From: Crocosphaera subtropica ATCC 51142
GTDB lineage: Bacteria; Cyanobacteriota; Cyanobacteriia; Cyanobacteriales; Microcystaceae
Assembly: GCF_000017845.1 (NCBI RefSeq)
Contig: NC_010547.1
Span: forward strand, 330,001-362,000
Length of the DNA stretch: 32,000 nt
Direction of reading: 5' to 3'
Made by a program: the position numbers and the translations under genes. Under the pieces are notes generated by a model. It was not told the DNA's origin and did no database searches. It saw only the letters and a program-made list of their open reading frames with translations. How positions within the stretch are numbered: the stretch's first letter is position 1; each line of letters starts with the position of its first letter. Positions 1-7,150 of this stretch are shown in pieces.

Positions 1-810
1 TCTCTTCGAGATCGCACAAAACCTTGGGTTTCATGCGCCTGAGATCCCGTAGCACTGACTTAATATTATCAAACTTAAAATATTTACTCAAAGAGCCAAT
101 TCGATGATTATATTTTCTGTAGCGATGCTTAAAATAATATTCTACATTGCCTCTATGCGGCCAAAATCCTAACCCTTTAATTGATACAGAGGAGAAGTAT
201 TGTGCCAAATCCCGCTTAATTTCAGGTATTCGTTGTTCTAAGTCTCTAGTGGTGACACCAATTTTGTGATAGATTTCCTCATCAGCTTTAATCTCTAGAA
301 AATACAAACTGTTGCTTAAAATTCGTCGATATTGAAGTAAATAAAGCTGATAATCTGTAATTTTTTCTTGTATTTCTTGCTTAGCTTTGGGTATAGCTTG
401 TTCAAAAAACTGATTTGTGGATTGAGTTGCTATAAAATCTTTCTTGTCTAAAATTGATCGTTCGATTGATCTGAATTTTTCGATAATTCTCGGTTCTTGA
501 ATTTGGTTAAAAAGCATTAAAGATAAATCCCCTAGAACCATTTTTCCTAAGTTAGTGTATTGCCATGCCCCCCTTCCCCTGGCTGCATATTCGTTATACT
601 CAGTTATGCATTCTTGACATAATTACAAGTATCGCCAGCGTGTGCAAAGTGATGAGCTTTAATTTTGCCCTTTTTGGCGATCAATTCACCTTGGCAATAA
701 GGACAATATAAGTCACTTCTCCCTCTTGGGACTTCAGTGATAGACACATATTCCCTATCTCGATTTAGAGCATATTCTAACCACATAACAGTACCCTTTT
801 TTTGATACAC
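1..810 (-). pseudogene. CoiA-like zinc-finger / T5orf172 (GIY-YIG-like) family gene split by a frameshift; 3' end runs off the left edge
   Basis: 604..810 encodes CPYCQGELIAKKGKIKAHHFAH (CoiA-type N-terminal finger) and stops at 604. A second frame is open from 622 down to base 1 and encodes ...EIYHKIGVTTRDLEQRIPEI...HRGNVEYYFKHRY... The two frames overlap only at 604..622. Confidence 0.5.
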
Positions 811-829
811 TCTATGGCATACATTATAA

Positions 830-1265
830 TCACTGTTGTCCTAAGCCACACCAAGCCGTGTAAGCAACAGCGATCGCATCGACTTCTTGGTTTAATAATA
901 TACTTTGTAAATTGAACAACTCCTCAACGATCGCAGTAAGGTCTTCTCTATCGGCCCGAGGATGATCAAGATTACTCTTCCAAGTAGCCGGATAGATCAT
1001 CGTAGGAAGACAACCATGACGATAAGCGATCAAATTAACCACTCCTAATACCTGATTTAGAAATACTAGGCTTGATTCCGAGCCATCGAGGGATCTGGGT
1101 GGTATGGTTAGGATTATGGTCTAAACTACGAGTATAACTTATTATTTCATCGATAAAACATTCAGGAACTCGAATAGGTTTAGTGGGCAAGTGATTCCAG
1201 TTAGGTTTTTGTCGAATCAGGTTTTTATATCGGGCGTTCTGGATAGCCATATTACGAGTGTACAC
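830..1265 (-). CDS. Two overlapping small ORFs (1035..1265 and 830..1042, the latter with a GTG start); the downstream one has a RuvC-like tail; possibly one frameshifted gene
   Basis: The frame of the downstream ORF is open from 1120 and reads ...LDGSESSLVFLNQ...IYPATWKS...RADREDLTAIVEEL...EVDAIAVAYTAW. This resembles the E...K...D-A-x-A-x-A C-terminal two thirds of RuvC-fold resolvases. No convincing N-terminal catalytic Asp segment is present. Confidence 0.3.
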
Positions 1266-1618
1266 TCGAATAGAGATAAACTTAACTAAATTAATAAAAT
1301 TCTTATTTTATCATTCCATGACTAAATGAATTATTGATAGAAAGATATAGAAAAAACTCATAATTTAGGTCTATTGTTGATTAATATTAATGAGTAGATA
1401 TTTTTCAGAAAAAAGAAAAACAGAGCAAAAAATACTATATCTAGCTAATCTTGAATCTAGGTAAGATTAAGAAATTATTAACAGTTTTCTGAGAAAAATA
1501 TTAAAGGTTTTAACAATTTAGTTAATTCGTTAAGAAATGTTGCGATTGCTGTTGAGGGGTTGCTAGGCTGTGAATGAACCAAGATTGATAAGTGTTTATA
1601 CTTGTCGGAGGCTCCATT

Positions 1619-1732
1619 ATGACTACTGATTTTTTACCGGTTATTTTAGTTTTAGTTGTTGGCTGGTTATTAGCTGCTACATTAGGGACTTGGGCTTATT
1701 TTGCCAATGAGAAAAACACAGAATCAAACTAA
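1619..1732 (+). CDS. 37-aa single-pass membrane micro-protein (MTTDFLPVILVLVVGWLLAATLGTWAYFANEKNTESN)
   Basis: ATG preceded by GGAGG about 8 nt upstream; hydrophobic core of about 20 residues followed by a polar tail. It lies in a 650-bp otherwise non-coding AT-rich gap and is absent from the ORF track because of its size. Confidence 0.4.
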   Translation: MTTDFLPVILVLVVGWLLAATLGTWAYFANEKNTESN

Positions 1733-1767
1733 ATAATCCCTAAAGTTTCTAGTATTTAGTATAGATA

Positions 1768-1828
1768 GCCATTAGGTTTTAAAGTAAGTCATTTTTAGCT
1801 AATTTAGACGGTTTTAAAACTTAATGGC
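1768..1828. repeat. Long inverted repeat (16-nt arms, 15/16 complementary, 29-nt loop)
   Basis: gccattaggttttaaa at 1768..1783 pairs with tttaaaacttaatggc at 1813..1828. It lies between the micro-ORF stop and the stop of the convergent gene 1912..2685. No adjacent U-run. Confidence 0.7.
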
Positions 1829-1911
1829 AATATAATTTTGATTTAAACGAAGCTAACCAATAAAAAAGACACTACAAAAGAAGAAAACGGGGTGTATGTG
1901 GTGGGATTAAT

Positions 1912-2685
1912 CTAGCGGAGCATTTCTAAAAACTGACTACTGTTGAACAAAAGCCCAATTGTGCCGATAACACCTAACATTACCAGCACCCAATTTCCTA
2001 AAGTCACTCCGACCATTGTCGCAGCAATAATAGTAAACAGGGAGAAAAAGAAGGCTATCCTCACACCAAAAATCACACTTATTGTGGGAACACCTGCAAG
2101 ACGATCGCCTGGTGTATCTCTGATGTCATTCAGATTCGCAATTGATGCTATCATGAGACTTTCGTAGAGGATTCCTCCGATGATTTGAAAGCTCCAGTGG
2201 ACACCACTTACTGTCATTGGGATGAGAAAGGTAAGAATGACCCAGAGGACGACTATGAGAGCGGTTTTAACCCCTGGTATTTTTTTAAGGCTTTTACCAT
2301 CCGGAAGAATGGGAAGACTATAGGCAAATGCGAGTCCTATGGTACTGATAATAGGAAAGATTGCAGCTGGTCGTAACAGCATTGCGATGAGGCTGATGAC
2401 CACTGCCATCGCACACAAGTAAACCATAAAGGTATAATTCGCTCGCAACCAATTGGTTCGTTCTAGCGAATTTATGATGTCTGATTCCTCACCTAAATCG
2501 TGCATACGGTCATAACTATAGGTCAAAAATCCTAATAGACCAGTCAGGACGAGTACCACACTATCCGGCTCACGTTCTGCCAAAGAGTAAAAGAGCAGAG
2601 TGTAAAGTACAGCCAAGATGATGACAATCCCATTGCCATATCGTAAAAAATCCCTAATAAATGTTCCAATGCTTCTAAAATTCAT
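1912..2685 (-). CDS. UbiA-superfamily-like integral membrane prenyltransferase
   Basis: Multi-pass hydrophobic protein with two Asp-rich motifs: YDRMHD (DxxxD) and NDIRDTPGD (DxxDxxxD) followed by GVPTISVIFG. Confidence 0.6.
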   Translation of the reverse strand: MNFRSIGTFIRDFLRYGNGIVIILAVLYTLLFYSLAEREPDSVVLVLTGLLGFLTYSYDRMHDLGEESDIINSLERTNWLRANYTFMVYLCAMAVVISLIAMLLRPAAIFPIISTIGLAFAYSLPILPDGKSLKKIPGVKTALIVVLWVILTFLIPMTVSGVHWSFQIIGGILYESLMIASIANLNDIRDTPGDRLAGVPTISVIFGVRIAFFFSLFTIIAATMVGVTLGNWVLVMLGVIGTIGLLFNSSQFLEMLR

Positions 2686-2913
2686 GAACTTTCGTGAAAA
2701 AAATATGATAACTCACTGTTCGCTCAAATTTCTGAACCATTTATAATTATAATGGCTAAAAACCTTCGACAAGAAAATGACTATCTCAGAATTCGTTAGG
2801 AAATAATTGGAAGCTGGTGGATATTAGTGAAATGGTTGAAGTGCCGAAAATACCAAGGGAATAATGATATTTTTTTTGCGAGTTAAGGGAAGACTAAAAA
2901 TATAAACTTATTA

Positions 2914-2965
2914 ATGGTGATGTTGTAGATTTGTTACTCAGCTAAGAAATCTACAACATCACCAT
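2914..2965. repeat. Perfect 19-bp stem hairpin with a 14-nt loop
   Basis: atggtgatgttgtagattt (2914..2932) and aaatctacaacatcaccat (2947..2965) are exact reverse complements. Confidence 0.85.
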
Positions 2966-3117
2966 GCGCCAGTGCCGTGAGATAACTTTTAAGTCTTACC
3001 AGTAATCTTTCTACGGCGCACGAGGCGCAACCACATAAATTTAGTCCCACAAGTCCCTTGACGGGGTTTTTTGAGGGGTACAATGGCGTTGCTGTGTGTG
3101 GTAATAACCTTTACGTT

Positions 3118-3555
3118 TTACATGGCGAAGTACAACGAGCGAGTGAATGAGAACCGTAGGCAAGTGAAACATAGAGCGATCGCATATTTATCTAATTTTA
3201 GTAAATAACGTTGTTGTAAAGATTCATGAGCTTGTTTGCGTTGAGGGAATGTTTTTTTTTGAAAGTAGAGATTAAATCCTGAAAATAGTAAAAGAGTCAC
3301 TAAACCTAAGCTAATAGTAAAAGCTCCTAAAGTTGAATTAAACAAGCTTAAAAATAAACCTAAGAATAAAGCAGTTCCTAATCCAATAATACCTTGAACA
3401 ATTAATAATTGAATATTGAAAGGTTGAGGTTCGGGAGGTAAACGGGGTAATGGTTGAGGTCGTTTAGGATAAGTTGGTTTAATCGGTTTTGCTATTGGTT
3501 CTCGTTGAACTTGTTGGAGAACATCAGGAATCAAAATAACAGGATAATAACTCAT
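3118..3555 (-). CDS. Hypothetical membrane protein (Pro-rich N-terminus, two TM segments)
   Basis: ORF with PKRPQPLPRLPPEPQP followed by two hydrophobic stretches; last gene of the co-directional cluster 3118..6938. Confidence 0.55.
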   Translation of the reverse strand: MSYYPVILIPDVLQQVQREPIAKPIKPTYPKRPQPLPRLPPEPQPFNIQLLIVQGIIGLGTALFLGLFLSLFNSTLGAFTISLGLVTLLLFSGFNLYFQKKTFPQRKQAHESLQQRYLLKLDKYAIALCFTCLRFSFTRSLYFAM

Positions 3556-3588
3556 AACTTAGTCCACGTTCGGATGCAGATATTAAAT

Positions 3589-4092
3589 TTAACCCATTAT
3601 CCCATTAGCGTAAGCATCATTAGGAAACCCGTATTTTAAGAACGAGTAACCTTCTAAATGATTACATTCAAGTAAACTTAAATAATTACTTCCTTTATTT
3701 TCTTCTCTTTCTTTGAGAATTGACTTGATAAATGTAGTGGAAAAAGCAATCCCTAGATAGGCTCGTCCTGGTTCTTCCCAAGTAACTTCTATCACTGTTC
3801 CTGATTTATCTAATAACCAAGCATGAGAAGCAGGAAAATCGATGGTATTAGGAATGGCAAACCCTTCACAGTAAGTTAATTCAGGCTCCATAAAAGCCAA
3901 AGCTTGACAATTACCATAACAGTTTTTACGTTGCCCTGTTAACTCCTTTGATGTTCTTGCTGGCTTCATTTCCTGTCCTAATTCTAAGACTAATTCGTAA
4001 AAGCTCTTATATTTGTAGTTAGAATTTTTCTTAGAATGTTTAAATAACGCAGTATTATCTTGAAGAAATTGTTTTAACATTGTAATTGACAT
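3589..4092 (-). CDS. Hypothetical protein with a candidate transglutaminase/papain-like Cys-His-Glu core; paralog of 8426..8977
   Basis: The motifs CYGNCQALA, YCEGFA, SHAW and IEVTW are shared in the same order with 8426..8977 (CYHNCLSM, YCEGFA, QHAW, IDVTW). Confidence 0.6.
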   Translation of the reverse strand: MSITMLKQFLQDNTALFKHSKKNSNYKYKSFYELVLELGQEMKPARTSKELTGQRKNCYGNCQALAFMEPELTYCEGFAIPNTIDFPASHAWLLDKSGTVIEVTWEEPGRAYLGIAFSTTFIKSILKEREENKGSNYLSLLECNHLEGYSFLKYGFPNDAYANGIMG

Positions 4093-4093
4093 A

Positions 4094-4579
4094 TTAATAA
4101 CTTTGACATTCTAAATTTTTTAATTTGTTGAGTTTACGAATCAATAATTGAGAATTGGTTTCAGGTTTTCCATCTTCAGTATACCATCGTTCTTCTTCTA
4201 ACCACTCAATAAGTTCACTAGGTGGACGGAATGACCAAATCGGATTTTTCTGCTCATATTTAGCTTTTGATTCTTCAATAATTTTACCATTTTTAGCATC
4301 CCATTTTTGTTGAGATGTTCGATTAGAATTTTCATCAATTGACGGAACTTCGGGCATGATTTCTATTTTAAGATAACCACATCTTTCCCGACGGTAAGAC
4401 TTCCATCGTCTTTGATAATAATCAAAGTTTTTCTCGGCTCCTCTTTTCGTTTTCCAACGTTTACACCAATAAAATAGATCAGGATTCGTTGTCCAATTTA
4501 ATTCTAACTCTTTATGGGTTGTATAAAACCAACCTAACGCTTCATTATCATTTGTATAACATCGATATCCGTAATACAT
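4094..4579 (-). CDS. Hypothetical protein (Trp/Arg-rich, no recognised domain)
   Basis: 161-aa ORF with a 1-nt gap to the next gene and a 5-nt gap from the previous one. Confidence 0.55.
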   Translation of the reverse strand: MYYGYRCYTNDNEALGWFYTTHKELELNWTTNPDLFYWCKRWKTKRGAEKNFDYYQRRWKSYRRERCGYLKIEIMPEVPSIDENSNRTSQQKWDAKNGKIIEESKAKYEQKNPIWSFRPPSELIEWLEEERWYTEDGKPETNSQLLIRKLNKLKNLECQSY

Positions 4580-4584
4580 AATTG

Positions 4585-5007
4585 TTAATCCTTAATCGGT
4601 TTGTGTTTCTTCATATAATCAATTAAAAGTTCATTAATTTCAGATTCCATGACCTCCCAATGACCGTCAACATCTGCATAATAACCATGTTGATTAAGGA
4701 CTTCAAAAGCTTTTTGAGTAGCAGTTCGAGCAATCGTTTTTTGTTGATCTCGCTTTTTTTTCTTTTCTAAGGCTCGCTTTTCTTTTTCTGCAATGATAGC
4801 CTGAGCTTCTTCAAGAGAGATTAACCGTTCCTGATCTTGAAAAGGATTGGAACCCATTATTTGACCACGGTTATTAAATCGCTTATCACCAATGACAACT
4901 TGACCAGTGGGTGTGACCTTATCAATGGTATGAATAGAAGCTTTCATAATTCGTCCTTGTTTAGCTACTCCTATTTGTTGTCCAGGTTGTAATAGTTTAG
5001 TATTCAT
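4585..5007 (-). CDS. Hypothetical protein with a central Lys/Glu-rich helix
   Basis: 140-aa ORF, 3-nt gap from the upstream gene; no recognised domain. Confidence 0.55.
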   Translation of the reverse strand: MNTKLLQPGQQIGVAKQGRIMKASIHTIDKVTPTGQVVIGDKRFNNRGQIMGSNPFQDQERLISLEEAQAIIAEKEKRALEKKKKRDQQKTIARTATQKAFEVLNQHGYYADVDGHWEVMESEINELLIDYMKKHKPIKD

Positions 5008-5010
5008 AAC

Positions 5011-5268
5011 TTATTTGGATTGCCAATAAGCAAACATAATTTGTTGACAGAAATCAAACTCTTTTTGACAACGTTCTTGAAAATCACTTAAAGCTTCGTC
5101 ATAAGTTTGAAAGTAATGACCTTGACTATAACAATCATTCAAACTACTGTCTAAATCTTCATGACAAGTTGAATAGTTAGCATTAGGATCATTCGTAAGT
5201 TTTCTTAGAACAAGAGCGCGGTTTCTTATTCCTGCTTGTTTAGGTAATCTGAAACTAATAGTAATCAT
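5011..5268 (-). CDS. Hypothetical small protein
   Basis: The ORF is open to 5322, but that start overlaps the upstream gene by 32 nt. The ATG at 5268 (MITISFRLPKQ...) lies 22 nt after the upstream stop. Confidence 0.45.
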   Translation of the reverse strand: MITISFRLPKQAGIRNRALVLRKLTNDPNANYSTCHEDLDSSLNDCYSQGHYFQTYDEALSDFQERCQKEFDFCQQIMFAYWQSK

Positions 5269-5290
5269 TTTCAATTTTCCAACAGACAAT

Positions 5291-5917
5291 TTAATTCTTT
5301 TCATCTTTAGTATTCCAGTCATTCCAAACTTTTTGGAATTCTGGATTTAACTCATTAATAATCTCTTGGGCTTTACCCATTGCTTCTGATAATGAGTCAA
5401 ATTCAACCTCCCATTCTTCACCTCCATCTATTTTAAAATTTATATGTCCTGAATTTCTGTCATAAAAAGTAACAGTTGTTCCGTAATTTCCTCCTGTTTG
5501 ATTGAAGGGTTTTAATATCTCGAATACATCCTCATGAGTGACATTAGGAAATAATTTGTTATAAGGAATTTTCTCTTCTAGTGGAGTGATTTCGCTGATG
5601 TATCCGTAATGTATCCCCTCATTCTTATTATCAGAATCAAAGTAAATTTTATCTCTCAAGATTTTGGTTATGATGCCTGTACACTCAAAACCTAAATCAC
5701 TACTGAATAGTATCCTTTGACCTATATAAAAATTCATATCAGGAAGTGGGGTTATACCATTGACATCCACACAACGTAAATCGTTATCTCTATCCGTCCA
5801 AAAGCAGACTTCATTTTCTGTAATAGAGGAAATAATACCAGTCATATCTATCTTTACCATATCACCTCGGTATAAGATTCTCTGACCAACGTATAAATTC
5901 ATTAGTTTTTGACTCAT
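5291..5917 (-). CDS. Hypothetical protein with two tandem ~53-aa repeats plus a C-terminal domain
   Basis: MNLYVGQRILY...TGIISSI...ITPL and MNFYIGQRILF...TGIITKI...ITPL are clear internal duplicates. Confidence 0.6.
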   Translation of the reverse strand: MSQKLMNLYVGQRILYRGDMVKIDMTGIISSITENEVCFWTDRDNDLRCVDVNGITPLPDMNFYIGQRILFSSDLGFECTGIITKILRDKIYFDSDNKNEGIHYGYISEITPLEEKIPYNKLFPNVTHEDVFEILKPFNQTGGNYGTTVTFYDRNSGHINFKIDGGEEWEVEFDSLSEAMGKAQEIINELNPEFQKVWNDWNTKDEKN

Positions 5918-5927
5918 CTTATCTTTA

Positions 5928-6380
5928 CTAACTTTGATAATTTAGCCAATAAGACGCATCAGATGAGGGTGAAAGAACGATTGTTCTGACAGTCATCCTC
6001 TTAAATTTTCTTTGTCTAGATAGTAGTAAGTCCTGGAAGTGGAAGCCATTTAAAGTTGATAATTTATTAAGATTTTCTAGTTTTAAATGACCATTAACAA
6101 AGTTAATCGTTGTGTACAATTTTTGCTTACCATCGATAATATTCTCATTACTATCTATGACGATATTAAGGACAGGTAAACCCATCAATAAAGATTCGAT
6201 AAAATAAGATTGCTGTCTAGTATCCCAATTAAGCTCATCATCAATTTGTTTTTGACTAATCTGTTCAATGAAAAATTCAAGGGGATATTCTACCGTGTTG
6301 TAATCAACTTTTTTACGACCTTCCTGAATATCCGTTTCTATTAGTTCTTGTTGTTTAATCTTATCTGATTGTAAGTTCAT
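5928..6380 (-). CDS. Short DUF262 / ParB-Srx-fold-like protein with a degenerate DGQQR motif
   Basis: NWDTRQQSYFIESLLMGLPVLNIVIDSNENIIDGKQKLYTTINFVNG matches the DUF262 N-terminal pattern (W...Q..LIDS...G.P......IDGQQRL.T...F), with DGKQK in place of DGQQR. Confidence 0.5.
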   Translation of the reverse strand: MNLQSDKIKQQELIETDIQEGRKKVDYNTVEYPLEFFIEQISQKQIDDELNWDTRQQSYFIESLLMGLPVLNIVIDSNENIIDGKQKLYTTINFVNGHLKLENLNKLSTLNGFHFQDLLLSRQRKFKRMTVRTIVLSPSSDASYWLNYQS

Positions 6381-6407
6381 AATAGTTGTCTCCTAATAAA
6401 GATAAGT

Positions 6408-6938
6408 TTAGTGAAAAGCAGTCAAGGTATGTTCTAATTCTGTCCAAAGTTGTTGAGAAAGCGGACTATTTGAATAAGCTTGTAAAGCCTGTTCAAAATC
6501 TTTTTGTTCCTTAGCATATATCTTGAGTTTTTGAGAATTATATAATCGAGAAGCTCTTAAATTAGCAATTCTATCAGCTAATTTAAGGATAATTGCTTTC
6601 TCATTTTTCCTTGTTTTAGCATAGGTCAAAGCTTTACGTTCTTTGCGATTTCTTCCTGGTTCATCAGTTACAGCTTCAACAATATCAGCAACTTCTTGAC
6701 CAAATCGATTAAGGATTAAGTCATAGGTTAAACTGGTATCTTCAACACTATCATGTAACCAAGCAGCGATAAGAATGAGAGCAGTTTCAGGGTTATTTAA
6801 AGTGGCTCCAAACTCAATCAAAACATTAACCACTTCTTGAAGATGATGATGATAAGGAAAGTTCCCATATTGTTCTCCTTGATGTGCTTTTAATGCCATC
6901 AATTCTGCTGTTTTAAATTGTGCTTCCCAATCAGTCAT
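6408..6938 (-). CDS. Stand-alone HD-domain protein of the RelA/SpoT (Mesh1-like) (p)ppGpp-hydrolase type (small alarmone hydrolase-like)
   Basis: HHHLQEV, AAWLHDSVEDT (HDxxED) and KLADRIANLR are the diagnostic hydrolase-domain motifs. At 176 aa it has no synthetase domain. Confidence 0.8.
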   Translation of the reverse strand: MTDWEAQFKTAELMALKAHQGEQYGNFPYHHHLQEVVNVLIEFGATLNNPETALILIAAWLHDSVEDTSLTYDLILNRFGQEVADIVEAVTDEPGRNRKERKALTYAKTRKNEKAIILKLADRIANLRASRLYNSQKLKIYAKEQKDFEQALQAYSNSPLSQQLWTELEHTLTAFH

Positions 6939-7150
6939 ATTACTTAATTCCTAAACGTTAAGATCGTCGCATAAATCCATCAATCCATCGATTGTCTTCA
7001 ATGCAGTTATAAACAAAATCACCTAATCTTTGCCAACGATGAGAATGTTCACCGTCAACGACAATAGACATCTCCAAGAATCCATAACCCAGTTACAGCA
7101 ATGAAAACAGGCAGATTAAACTTGAAGTCAAAATTAGCCTTCAGAACGAA

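Noticed and set aside
2914-2965. Retron msr/msd or other RT-templated hairpin
   Set aside because: No reverse transcriptase gene or flanking a1/a2 repeats are present in the window.
2989-3117. In-frame 42-codon extension after the TAA of 3118..3555 (possible stop-codon read-through or recent nonsense mutation)
   Set aside because: The extension lies in a GC-rich tract where open frames arise easily, and its translation shows no recognisable motif. There is no way to support it without homologs.
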